From Octopus bimaculoides (Eukaryota), in assembly GCF_001194135.2 (NCBI RefSeq), contig NC_068983.1, positions 78,171,926 to 78,206,933 of the forward strand: 35,008 bases of DNA, read 5' to 3'. The notes beneath the pieces are model-generated. The model ran no database searches. It saw only the letters and a program-made list of their open reading frames with translations, and was not told the DNA's origin. The position numbers and the translations under genes were made by a program. Below are positions 22,611 through 34,674 of the stretch, piece by piece; the stretch's first letter is position 1, and every line of letters begins with the position of its first letter.

Positions 22611-24204
22611 CACTGCTTGTCAAATTATTCGGCAGCTCTGTTTTTCCAAAATAGCAGAGTATTTATTCGTTAGAATCCTGATATTTTTTCCCCTGAATGA
22701 TGGCAACATCTACGTGCATACACTGTAGTAAAATAAACCGGGTCCGCACAGATGTAAACAAACAGTGGCCATTTTCGTGAAACAGCAACAATTTTATCAT
22801 CCTAAATTATTAGACAAATGCTCAATAAAAGTGTCATTATGGGTCAAAAACCTGATTTAACATCAAATGAGAAGTCCACCATCGTCTCAGAGCTTGGAAA
22901 AACAAAAAACGACATTGGAAATATCAACGATGTTGGGAAGAGATCATCGAACTGTAAAGAAATTTGTGAAGCCTTTTGTTGTTCGTTCGAGGGCTGATAC
23001 AGGTAAATCGAGGGTTGTTTCCAGGAATACCCTGTCATGTATAACGGGGGAAGTTGCGAAGAACATGTGTCTGACTAGTCAAGTGTTTAAATGTTGTGGT
23101 AGGGAAGACATTTCGAAATCTACCAGGTGTCGCCTCCTAAAGCAGGTAGCCAAGAATGTAAAACCTGTTACAAGATCCCCTCTGAAAGCTGTTCATAAAG
23201 AAAATAGAGCCAACTGGGCAGAAGACTAGATGAAAATAGATTTTTCAAAAGTCCCCTTTACTGACGAATGCCGTGCTACGCTAATTGGGCCACATAGGTG
23301 GAGTAAAGGATAGGTTGCAATTAGCGGAAATCGTCCTCATCGTTTGAGACGCCAACAAATGTGAGGCGGATCATGATTTGGGCTGGCATCAACTGGAGAC
23401 AAGTTGATTGTTCCTTGGAAAGTTCCAAACAGAATTAAGATGACATATAATGCCTATGTTGCGTTTTTGAAGGACAATTTTAAGCCATGGTTGAAGAAGC
23501 AGAATGTTTCATTAAAGAGAACGCTGGTATTCATGCAAGATAATCTTCCCTCCCATGCAGCTAAGAAATCTCTGGAATCCCTACAGCAAGTAGGCTTCTC
23601 TGAACATCGTTTGATGAAGTGGCCAGTGTGTTCACTCGACTTACACCGACTAAAAATCTACGGAGTGTTCTGAAGAGGAAGATATATCAAGATGGACGGC
23701 AGTTTTCAATGAAATATTCACTCTGGGAAGCTATTGTGGATGCTGCTGACAATATTACACTAGATGAAATAGTTACCTTAACAAATTAAATGGATAAAAA
23801 CATCAGGGACGTTCTCCCATGTGGAAGATTATACACCCATCATTAAGAACTTTATGATCTAATATTTCCTGTATTATTTCCATTCAAACATATATTTATG
23901 TTCATTAATAAAGTCCGTTATGACTATATCTGTTGTTAAAAATTAATTGTTACATTAAATAAATGTTTATTTTTACATAATTAGCATTTTTATAAGACTT
24001 ACCTAATAATTTGGGACGGTAAAAATTATGCTTATCAACAAAAATGGCCGTTGTTTCTTTACATATGGGTAGATCAGATTTATTTTAGTACAGTACATTC
24101 AGATGGTTGTTATCATCATGCAATGGGAAAATATCTGGATTCGAATGAATAAATACTCAGCTATTGCAAAGAAACTGAGCTACCTAATAGCTTGACATGC
24201 AGTG
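22611..24204 (+). mobile_element. Full-length Tc1-like DNA transposon, DD37E (TRT-like), with about 205-bp TIRs
   Basis: Ends CACTGCTTGTCAA (22611) and TTGACATGCAGTG followed by TA (24204). 22611-22817 aligns as an inverted repeat with 23999-24204. Central transposase pseudogene. Confidence 0.93.
22839..23830 (+). pseudogene. Tc1/TRT-like transposase pseudogene (stops and frameshifts)
   Basis: MGQKPDLTSNEKSTIV..LEISTMLGRDHRTVKKFV (HTH), FSKVPFTDECR (first D about 23263), FMQDNLPSH (second D about 23539), KWPVCSLDL at a spacing implying 37 residues before the (mutated) E. Confidence 0.92.
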
Positions 24205-24217
24205 TATATACATATAC

Positions 24218-24410
24218 ATTATCATCATCATCATTTAATGTCCCACTTTTCATGCTGATATGGGCTGGACAGATTGATAAGTTGACAAGCCAGAGGTCTA
24301 GTGTCTACAGCTAGATGTCCTTCCTAATGCTGGGAGTTTTTTTACACAGCACCACCAGCACCAGTGAGGTCACCAAGCACTCACAGGATAAGATCCCATA
24401 ACTGAGCAGG
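24218..24410 (-). mobile_element. RTE 3' tail (family D), diverged
   Basis: (CAT)n TTAATGTCCCACTTTTCATGCTGATATGGG...CTACAGCTAGATGTCCTTCCTAATGC. Confidence 0.7.
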
Positions 24411-24599
24411 CTATAGACTAGAGCAATGAGAAACTATAACAAAAGGAGATGAGCATGTCTTGCTGAAGAGTTGAATACATGGCTTGCCCACCTGGAAAAT
24501 GAAAGGGAGAGAGAGGGCGGGGGAGAAAGAAAGAAAGAAATGCAAAGTCCAAGTTCAATGTTCATTGCTTTGTTTACAATTGTTTCACTGATTTCTATT

Positions 24600-24795
24600 A
24601 CACGATGGGATGGGAGGAGAAGGAAGGTGCAGTGTGGAGGGGAGGAGAGAGAAGGCAGATGGAGATGAGGGGAGGAGGAACAGGTGTAGGAACAAGAGAA
24701 GGGGAGCAGGTGGAGAAGAGGAGAATATGAAAGGATGGGGAGGAAGAGCAGGAGGAGCAGGAGGAGCAGGTGGAGGGGAGGAGAAGCAGGAGGAT
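24600..24795. repeat. Purine-rich (GGA/GAG) low-complexity tract
   Basis: GGAGGAGCAGGAGGAGCAGG etc.; it explains the overlapping spurious ORFs at 24434-25107. Confidence 0.85.
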
Positions 24796-25614
24796 ATATC
24801 TGAACTGCATACCAAATACTTAAGAAAATTAAAATACTTGACACATTATACCTTAAAAATTGAAAGTCATCAGGATTTTCTCTCAGAAATCACTTCCATC
24901 AAGAATCTACCATATATATCTATACCAACAAAATTCATTGAATTTGTCTCTCTTGTAATACCACCTGAGGTATTATTTCTATTTTTCTTCATCTATATTT
25001 TATCATATGCAAATATCTCCATAGCCCATCTATCCTATGATTATTATATATTACCATTACATTATTTTTCTCAATTCTCACACAGCTATCTTGATTTCTC
25101 TTATTAATATTCTTTACAAATACAGTCTGCTGATTAATTCCTAGACATTTTCTGAACCAATTAAAATTCATTCTCACTCTCAGATTAATCCCTAGATCAT
25201 ACTTATTTCTTACAACGTTGCAATTACTTTCCTTTCAACTCACTTTATACTGCTGATACTGTTTATGAAGTTCTCTGTCTACCTATTAGTTTAGCATGAT
25301 ATATCCTTTCATTACAGTTGAATTTATATATGAATAGAAGAGTGTGTGTGAGTTTATATCTGCGTATAACAATTTCAAATGCAAAGACCAGTAAACAGGA
25401 AATATTGAACATAAAAGATTTCAAATTACAAATACGAGTTAATTTAATGTTTCAGAAGTTGAAATAAATTTTATGTTTGGATTATGATGAAACCAAAGTT
25501 TACATACAAATTAAATTTTATCTGTGATCATTACATCTGTGTGGCTAAGCCAACAAAGGAAACTCTACTAGTTATATGACTAGTTTGAAAAACAATCAAT
25601 TTCCATAAGCAAAT

Positions 25615-25815
25615 GAGAGAAACGTCTATTTGGTCATTCAACAAACAAGAAATAGTAACTAAATCTTACTCAAATCTCCTTCAAGCACTTAAGAAAGAAC
25701 ACATCAGATAATGTTGTTTTATATACCCTATTTGAATAAGACAAGGTTTTCAGGGCTTGGCTGTCTGACTAACGGTTTAGTCTGTCAAAGCTAACTTGGT
25801 ATTAAATAACAATAA
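25615..25815 (+). mobile_element. Family G repeat, degenerate
   Basis: CAAGAAATAGTAACTAAATCTTACTCAAATC...GATAATGT...TGAATAAG...TAAATAACAATAAC. Confidence 0.45.
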
Positions 25816-25916
25816 CAAAATCTCATCTAAATCCTCATGTACAACCTTTAAAAAGTTATGAAGTTAATATTTGATGCATTTCTCTTTGGAAAAAAAATTA
25901 AGAATGGGATGATAGA

Positions 25917-26787
25917 TACAAGATGCATTCCTGAAGTCTTCAAATTTTTGTAGGAGAGACATTTATTAAATTCAAGAAAGTACAAAATTCTAATCTCCTT
26001 CAAAGTAGAATCCTCTGACTTGAATGCACTTGTTTTAGTACTCCAGCCACTTCATGAAGGCCCCATGGGAGCCCTCCAAAGTAAACATGTCTAGGGTCCT
26101 TGTCACAGCCTCCCTCATCTTCTCAATGTCTTCAAAACAGCTGCCCTTGAGGTTCTGCTCCAGCTTCAGAAACAACCAGAAGTCACAGAGCATAAGGGAC
26201 AGTTTTGATGCCAATTTCTGTCAAGTAGCTGATTGCCAGGATGGAATTATAGACTGGTGCATAAAATCTCTTCCTGAGCTCTCTCAGAACCTCCAGAAAG
26301 TACTCTTCATTGACTATCTGACCAGTGGGAACCAGTGGATGTAGCTGATATACTTGTTGGAAAAGTGGATAATTGTAAACTTCCTAGTTGACTTGCTTTG
26401 ACTGGCCTCTTGTACCAGCAAGAAAGCAGATGCTTAACTCATACAAGTTAATCCATAAGCAGACTGGAGCAGTTCATAAGTTTCTGTAGCATTTTTGCCC
26501 AGTTTAACACAAAATTTTATAGCATAGCAAGCTTTCAAAGTGCCTTCACATTCCAACTGCATTTTGCAAACTAGTCAGCTGTGACAACCAGTGTTTAATA
26601 GGATATGTTGAAAGTGCTGTTACAGCTGTTTCTTCAATCTGAAATAACAAAAGTTGGCTGGTCAGCTTGCTAGATGTATAGTAATGATATACTAAAATAT
26701 AGTAATGATATACTAAAATTACAATAATCTAGGACTGATATAACTGCATCTCCTAAATGCATCTCAAAACTTCTTGAATGCACCTCC
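25917..26787 (-). mobile_element. Internally deleted mariner element with both TIRs
   Basis: TIRs AGATGCATTCCTGAAGTC..TAGGAG (25921-25956) and CTCCTAAATGC..TTCTTGAATGCACCT (26750-26785), 26/36 matching by eye. Minus-strand translation CDFWLFLKLEQNLKGSCFEDIEKMREAVTRTLD..WLEY*NKCIQVRGFYFEGD is a mariner C-terminus. Confidence 0.85.
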
Positions 26788-27199
26788 ATTGGTCTGCTGG
26801 ATCAAAGCTGACCAGGAATTAAATGAGAACATGTTTGTTGTGGGTGTGCTATTCACAGTTTTAGGTCTGATCATGAAAGATATATATTTCAAAGACGATT
26901 GAGGAATTTTTTTTTTTGAGATGATTTATTCACCATTTCACAAGACATTTTCTCACTAGAAAACAGCAATAAACTTTAATGGTGTATTTTTTCCTAAAAT
27001 AGAATTTACAAATCAAACAAAAATATACAAATTACATCTTAAATTACTGGCGTGTTAACAGTGTTTGGCAGTACATTATAGTAACAAAATTATATCTTTG
27101 TAGAAATATATTTCATGTTAACCACCATTTTACAGTTAACTTTGATTTTACACTGTTGTTTCTGTTGCTTATGTTGTTGATGTTGTTATTATTGTTGTT

Positions 27200-27545
27200 T
27201 AATGTTAAGTGAGCTCTAATCCAACAGACCTATAACCAAAGAAATTCCAGTCATGACCACCTCATAGTTTTATACATCGGGATGATCTATAATATTCTCC
27301 ATTATTATCATTGTCATTTTTTACCTCTGCTTTTTCCATGCTGTCATGGGTTGAACATGACTTATTGAGGGAGCATTCTTGTTAAGTGCTAAGTAAGCTC
27401 TAATCCAATATAACTATGACCAAAACATTCCAACCATAACTACCTCATAATTTGCCCAATTTATGCTCCACTATTATCATCATGTTTTGCATGTTTTTTT
27501 CTATACTGTCATGTGTTAAACATGAGTTATTGAGGTAGTATTCTT
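27200..27545. repeat. Diverged tandem duplication of about 185 bp (family G tail plus family D tail)
   Basis: AGCTCTAATCCAA...ACCTCATA...CTGTCATG..TT.AACATGA.TTATTGAGG occurs twice, starting near 27210 and 27395. Confidence 0.75.
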
Positions 27546-27684
27546 ATGGTTAGATAGTCCTATAGACCCTAACACTTAATTGTTCTTCAGATACGGTATT
27601 TCAATTTACACATTGAAGCTGAGATATAAACGAGCATCAAAGTTGCTCATACTGCATTACTGCATGGACGCAAATTATTACAAG

Positions 27685-27685
27685 C

Positions 27686-27717
<32 letters not shown>

Positions 27718-28455
27718 CATTTAACGTCCATTGTCCATGCTGGCATGCGTTGTTCAGTTTGATCAGGACTTGCAGGCTGGAAGGCTGCACCAAACTCCAG
27801 TCTGATTCGGCATGGTTTCTATGGCTGGATGCCCTTCTTAATGCCAACCACTTCAAGAATGTAATGGGTACTTTTAAGTGCCACCAGCATGGATGCCATT
27901 TGTGTGAATCCAGTATCTGCCATGACTGCAATTTTACTTGGCTTGATGGGTCTTCTTCTCAAGCACGACATAATGCCAAAGGTCTTGGTCATTGACTCTG
28001 TGAGGCCCAACACTCGAAAGGAACTTTACACATACTACTGGCATCAGCCACTCTGCCTCTATGAGGCATAATGCTTGAAAGGTGCCTTTTACGTGCCACC
28101 AGCATAGGTGCCAGTTATGTGACACCAGCATCAGCTACGACTACAATTTCATTTGGCTTGACAGGTCTTCTCAAGCATAACATATTGACAATGGCCTCGG
28201 TCACTAGTCATTGCTTCTATGAGGCCCAAAGTTTGAAAATCATGCTTCACTACCTCGTCCCATGTCCTTCTGGGTCTACCTCTACCACAGATTCCCTCCA
28301 CAGTTAGAGATTGGCACTTCTTTACACAGTTGCTCTCGTCCATACGCATCCCATGACCATACCAGTGCAGTTGTCTCTCTTGCATACCACATCTGATGAT
28401 TCTTATGCCCAACTTTTCTCTCAAAATGCTTACACTCTGTTGAACATGTACACTG
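27685..28455 (-). mobile_element. 5'-truncated RTE-clade LINE with an internally duplicated stop/UTR module
   Basis: ORF 28149-28424(-) REKLGIR..QERQLHWYGHGMRMDESNCVKKC..GRGRPRRTWDEVVKHD. The ...EKTCQAK module recurs at about 27934-28020. (CAT)n tail. Confidence 0.9.
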
Positions 28456-28484
28456 TTACATATCTATTTATATTAGGCTTCTGT

Positions 28485-28625
28485 GTAGCTTCCATTTACA
28501 AAATTCCACTCAAAAGATATTGGTTAACACAAAACTATAGAAAAAGGCTCTTGACGAAGTTGTCATTCAGTGGTATGGAACCTGAAACCATATGGTAGGA
28601 AAGTGAGTTCACACTCATAAAGCTA
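28485..28625 (-). mobile_element. SINE family B, degenerate
   Basis: CAAATTCCACTCAAAAG...CTATAG...GGAACCTGAAACCATATGGTAGGAAAG. Confidence 0.55.
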
Positions 28626-30049
28626 TACTTACACCTCTTTTTAATTTAGGCTACGACTTCAAGTAAAACAAGTGGTTATGTCTTGCAGTTTGAACAGCCT
28701 CCTTGAATTATATGGCGTCAGTATTGAAAGTGGACTTTATATGAGGTGGTTTAATCTGTACAGCTGGTAACTGACCAAATTATGTATTTATTATAAGGAA
28801 CAAAAGCTACCCAAGCTAGTTGACTATCCCATTAGAATAGGCATTCATTAATAATTTTTAAGACATTCTATATGTAAAGGCTTTTAGCATAATACATCAA
28901 GTATTTTCTATTATTTTACTTCCCCATTTTTACTTTTAACTTATAATCTGAATCATTTAATGAGATAAATTGTAGAATTAGGTGACACCATCTCCTCTAG
29001 AGCTTTAGCAAACTTCTTAAAAGTTATGAAAACTCTCCTATTGGTTGTCAGTTTCCATGGGTTGAATAGCTGTACAATTTTTTCTTTTATATTTATTTAT
29101 TTTACCACCTACAACATCAAGGACAACAGTTTTATAGCTTAATAATGCAATTCAACTTATCATAAACCTTTATAAACCAAGAAAAAAAATGTAGATGGCT
29201 TTATTAAAGGCCTTTCTATCTTGCTTAAAATATTTCAACCTATTAATATCAGAGGTAGAGTAGCACTCTACTTCTAAGTTTATCTTCCAATTAATCTTTA
29301 TCAAAAACACTATTTTCTTTTTCTTACATCTACTTCTTTTTTAACTCTAAAATACTTTTTCTATAAGTTACATCTAGTTCTAGTTCATCTAGTTTTCATC
29401 CAAGTCCAACTTAGCCATAAAATTCCAGAATAAAGCATTTCTTGCATAATTTTATTTCTAAGCATTTAAAAAATTTGCCTTTTTTCTCTTTTTAATGCTA
29501 GAGGATCAATATGCTTAGTATGAATCATCTGTAAAGTTAGAAATTTTATGAAAGAGATTGAATATTATTAGTTTCGCAACTCAGAATTTTCACTTCAACC
29601 AATAATATCATGCTTTAATTTATTTTATTCAACTAGTATATATGACTAGTTATACTGAAGTCCAAAAGTCCATAATAAAATTCTTCATAAAAGCATTCTG
29701 TTTAGACATTCAAAATTTAGTTGTATTTCTTCTGATTTTAATCATTCAGATATTAGACTTGAAACAGCAACTGGTACTGCAGCTGCTGTTGTTGTTATTG
29801 CTGTGGTTAAGTAGCTGAGGTCACGTTTGTTGAAACAGAGTTATAACATGAAGTAGACTAAATAAAATTTTGGTCAAATATATCTGTCTGTTATGGCCTC
29901 TACATTGTGAACTTTTCTGTCTTTCTGTCTGGATATGTGTAATGATTGCAGTGGCAACAAAAAGAACTCAATCAATATTAAATAGTGTCTTTGCATATAT
30001 ATTTGATTTTTAATATTTAAATATTTTGATATTGATATTGAGAAAATCA

Positions 30050-30570
30050 AAAAGTATTGAATGACTTTTGTATGGAGGTGCTAAAAAGCCAACAATGTTT
30101 ATGTATTTAACTGCAGCATTACCCCATGTATGTGAGCAGCAATTTAATGTGAGTTTCACTTGAATATTGTTAATGTTCAGTATGAAATATTTTCTATCAT
30201 GAATAGAGGTCTAGGTTTTTGGTGTTCTCCAATAGTGAATAGCAATTAACATACTTTGCTAAAACATGTTAAGAATAGACATGTACATCATCATTTTTAT
30301 TCTTGCTGTTTTATATTCTTGTGATAATTTATTATTTACTTGGGAGACAACAGGTGGAATCAGCAAATAATTTGTTGGCTGAATTCTTTAAACAAGAATG
30401 GACATTCTTGTTTAAACCAGTTATCTGGAGGTAGCTTTGACTGATGTAGCAGAATTAGATCAAAACACTGGTGTTTCAAAGTTTCCCTCATTATTAAATC
30501 AAATAGGATATCTGCATACATTGTCTGGAAAGAAAAGATATTTTCCAAAAGTAAACTACAGCAGTAAATA
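30050..30570 (+). mobile_element. Possible hAT transposase C-terminal remnant
   Basis: Frameshifted NNLLAEFFKQ..IW/EVA..DQNTGVSKFPSL..KEKIFSK loosely resembles the hATC dimerisation domain (W..V..G..KFP.L..ER.FS). Weak. Confidence 0.2.
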
Positions 30571-30590
30571 ACATTTATACACACTCACAC

Positions 30591-30639
<49 letters not shown>

Positions 30640-30838
30640 CAAACACACGCACACACACACACTATCTATCTATTTATCTATCCATATGTGTGTGTGTTTG
30701 TGTGTGTAACCCGGCATCCGGCAACAAGAAGGAACAACTACATAACAGCTACCGTCCCAATCACTGCAATCATTTTTTAGATCCAATACGCAAACACAAA
30801 GACACAAGATATCACCAAACAAACAGGAGGAACAAAAA

Positions 30839-32924
30839 GTGATAAAAATGATCAATGTAACTCACAAAGAACTAACAGCAAACCAAATCAACATACTCTC
30901 CAAAGGGCTCAAGTTTGCACCCACCCCACAACGCCCCAACTACGACGAAATGAAAGAAGACATTGTGGAATTCTGTAGAAAATTACGACTTGCTGAGGAG
31001 CTATACAACAGATACAATGAGGATGAATCATTGGTCCGAAATAGAAGTAACTACACCCCCTCAAAAGGTAAGAACAAAACTCTTGATCATTTCTGTGAAC
31101 ACATCTCGAATTACCCATACCAACATATACACAAACAAAAACACAAACCAAGCTTCAGCAAAAAAGGAATGGGCTGAGCTGAACAAATTAAAAAAATGAT
31201 AAAACAATAACAAAGTGGCTGATAAAGAGAGTGAGTTGTTTTAATGGACACGGCATACTATATAACTCTATTACTATCCATATTGGAAGACACAACATAT
31301 TCTGAAAAGGTCCAACTCTACAGTCAGAAGAAAATAATGAGAGACCTAAAATCCATATTCAACCTATACAGAGAAGGGCTCACCGACAAAGAATATGACT
31401 ATATGACCAATTTCAAAAGTAAAACCAGTCAATTCTACGGTATTCCTGAGATACACAAAAGTGAGAAAATAAGTAATGCTTGCCACAGACATAATAATCA
31501 ATGTCCCTACTCCTAATGACCTCAAATTGAGACCTATAATAGCAGGTCCTGCATGTGAAACCCACCACCTCAGTAACTTTTTAGATACCCTCTTAAAACC
31601 ATTCCTCAAGCATGTCAAAAGCTACACAAGGGACGACCTGGATATGCTCAATCACCTTCCTGAAACAATAAATAAAAACATCCTACTAGTATCCTTTGAT
31701 GTAGTCAACCTCTATTCCAATATCCCCCACAACCTTGGAATAGTGGCAATTCAGTTCTGGCTAGAGAAGAACACCAATGAATTCCCACATCACATCACAA
31801 AAGAATTTGTGATAGAAGGGCTAAAATTCATCTTGAAGAAGAACTGACAACTTCTGTCGACAAAAATTGGGGACTGTGATGGGTACGAGAATGGCCCCTC
31901 CTTTGCTAACCTTGTCATGGGATATCTAGAAATTAGTCTTTATCATAAGGTTCAAGGAAAATATGGCAGTCCATTTTCCCGCTACATAGAAACTAACTGG
32001 AAGAGATACCTGGATGACTGTTTCATTTGTTGGTATGAAAGTATAGAGAGACTTAAAGAATTCCAAGCACTTATAAATGGACTTGACATAAACATTCAAT
32101 TCACAATGGAATATAGCTATCAGTAACTTCCCTTCCTCAATATCCTCATTAAGAAATCTAACAACATAATAGAAACAGATATATACTATAAGCTCACGGA
32201 CTCCAAGCAATATCTACTGTTCAACTCATGCCACCCCAGACATACCAGAGTGAATATCTCCTTCAACCTAGCAAAAGTCCGACCATACATCTCCACACAC
32301 AACCCTCTAAACAATGAAGCCTTCAACACCATCCTTCAAAACATTCCCCTGCTAAAAAAGGACTGCAGAATGAACTTAATCCTCCAAATACTCACCATCA
32401 TAAAAGGCAAGAGACAGCCCAAATCTATGAAAAGTCTCCTAACACAAGCCCAAATATGCCCAGCAACAACAACACTGAAGCTGTCAGTAAAAAAATGCGG
32501 AAGACACAACTGTGGGATATGAGTCAATTTAATTGAGGGATCAGAGTTTTCCTTCAAACAGGGACAATGTTTCACAGTGAAAATCAGCTTCACATGTACT
32601 TTGGAGAATCTGATATATGCACCAACCTGCTCTGGGTGTCAAGAGCAATACATAGGCCAAACAAAATACATTCTACGTCAAAGGATGGCTCTGCACAGAT
32701 CCCAGATCAAAATTCCCAAAAACAGAAAAATAGCATTCAGCCAACACATTGACATTAGTGCCAATAACAAAAATCCAAGCTTCACAATTTTTCTCCTCTA
32801 CCAATTCAGGGACGATACAGCCTGTAGCCAACGAATTAGTAAAGAGACTCTCTTTATTAGAAAATACAGACCCCTTTTGAACGCATCTACAACAAATGAT
32901 ATATCTATCACGGCCTTAGAATAA
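30839..32924 (+). pseudogene. PLE reverse transcriptase / GIY-YIG endonuclease pseudogene
   Basis: LSKGLKFAPTP; FYGIPEIHK; LRPIIAGP; SFDVVNLYSNIP; RYLDD (32007-32018); LPFLNI; Cys-rich linker CGRHNCG; NLIYAPTCSGCQEQYIGQT..LRQRMALH (GIY-YIG). Multiple stops, frameshifts and deletions. Confidence 0.95.
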
Positions 32925-33473
32925 TACATACAAATATTAAAAATGATACATTCAAAAGACACCCAAGAATTTATTAAAAACAGTCCCAATCACTGCTATA
33001 ATCCACAACGAGCTACTTTTAGATCACTTGACCATTTAACATCTTACTACTATCATACCATCCCGCATTCCCTTATTCTCTCTTCTGCTCTTTCTCCCTC
33101 TTCCTCTCTGCCACCTCCTTCCTTACTTTACTACTACTGCTTTTTAGAATAACACCTACGCAAATATTACAAACAATACATTCAAAAGAGATATCTCAAT
33201 AATTCAATCACTACTACCATCCACAACAAGTCACTTTCAGGGCATTTGACCATTTAACATCCTACTACTATCATAGCACTCCCACATTATTATTCTTCTC
33301 CTTCTCCTTCTTCTCTGCCAAGAATTCACAACGACTTCAAACCCACAAGAGTAAACCTGAGAGACAGAGACAGGCAGAAACAAGGAAAATGCCCCTTGTA
33401 TTTGAATACTATGCAAATTTTCTTTCAAAAACTTTTCATTTAAGTTTTCCAAAATTTAATTGTTTTCTATGCT

Positions 33474-33511
33474 TACAGTTGAAGAAGTTTCAATGACTGA
33501 AATTTGTACTG
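33474..33511 (+). ncRNA. Degenerate minimal hammerhead-like motif in the PLE 3' terminal region
   Basis: TACAG-TTGAAGA-AGT(TTCAATG)ACT-GAAA-TTT-GTA-CTG has the core spacing of CUGANGA..GAAA..NUH, but with C3 to U, a broken helix III and a 3-bp helix I. Confidence 0.35.
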
Positions 33512-34674
33512 AAATGTTTTTTTATAAAATTATTTTAGCATTTTCTACCTTGACTTTTTTTCCATCACTTGTTCTACTATACACTTGTCTGCAATTACTC
33601 ATTACATCCTGTTATAACTGTCTCTCTGCTGTTAATGACTCTCTTTATCACTTCAAGCACCATCTCTTTCATTTCTCACTTCTGCATCTGATCAGTTTTT
33701 CTACCTCATTCGTCCTCTACCCTCATTCTCAGCCCTACTCATTTTATTGGTTATGTTACCTAATAAGAAAACAATTAACAATGATGAGAACTCCTTTTCA
33801 TCTTCCCAGATAAAACACACTGAATACATACTGTAACATGATTAGTAATTGAAAAGAGAAGAAGCAAAATTCAGATGTATGTTTAGTTTGGTCTTGACAA
33901 GTTTTCTGGTGTTGGTCCCATGATAAACTGCATTCAATCCCTTCTGTAATACAGCTGGTGTTAGCAAAGGTATTTAGGCATAGAAACTATGCCAATATAA
34001 AATGCATCAGAGAGATGTGGTCTCAAGTCTTGGAGCAATACTAACCACAGCACCATGGAAAGTGGTTGTAAATTATGATGGTAATAATGATGATGAGGAG
34101 GAGGAAGAGGAGGTGGTGATGGTGGAGGAGGATATTCATACATATCTAATTTATATATACATTCATATGCACATACACACACACACACACACATACAACA
34201 CCCAGGTCGTAATGCCAGTACAGGATATTAGCAACAATACATGGGGGTGTATATTATATATAATTAAGTAGTGGGGATAAAAATCGTCTTGACCATTAAA
34301 TTTGTAGCAACTCCATAAATATCAGGCTAACAGGATATTCCAAATCAATGCATAACTGTTCTAAATCAATCAAGTGATTAATATAGCAGTCTTTGCAAAG
34401 TTAAGCATTGTGTAATGACCCCCAGGTATCCTATAAATCCATTTATGCATCAAAGTTTTAATTGCAACATATTACAGTGCATCATGTAGCAAAGAAACAA
34501 GAATAGACTGCACAAAATATTATTACACTCATTTTAATAGCGTGGTCATTTATTCAACAATTGTACACTATTACATAACTTTTCATTATTAATTAACCAC
34601 ACTATTTCGTCAGATAATATCTGCCTTCTTGTGAGTGAAATCAGATGAAGCTATGAGGGTAATCAAATTTGTAA

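Larger units (their letters stand above)
30705..33570 (+). mobile_element. Near full-length decayed Penelope-like element (Neptune-type) with tandemly duplicated 3' region
   Basis: RT plus GIY-YIG pseudo-ORF (30839-32924), diverged direct repeats at about 32930-33110 and 33160-33320, and a hammerhead-like motif at 33474-33511. Confidence 0.92.

Noticed and set aside
24434-25107. Overlapping ORFs up to 165 aa
   Set aside because: They are produced by the purine-rich low-complexity tract.
28650-29150. Minus-strand WDSQLAWVAF..YN resembling a Gypsy/Ginger integrase
   Set aside because: A single short motif among many stops is too weak to call.
30420-30550. GYLHTLSGKKRYFPKVN resembles the family A DNA polymerase motif GYVxTLxGRRRYLP, with possible AG/GT flanks
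   Set aside because: Spacing to the upstream helix is about 7 aa short, no other polymerase exons are seen, and neighbouring frames fit a decayed hAT C-terminus at least as well.
33340-33385. CTGAGAGA...GAAAC as another hammerhead
   Set aside because: The core is not CUGANGA and no helix I or II pairing is found.
33460-33813. 117-aa ORF preceded by a strong-looking acceptor
   Set aside because: It lies in the PLE terminal region and T/C-rich sequence, overlaps the hammerhead-like motif, and has no protein-like features.
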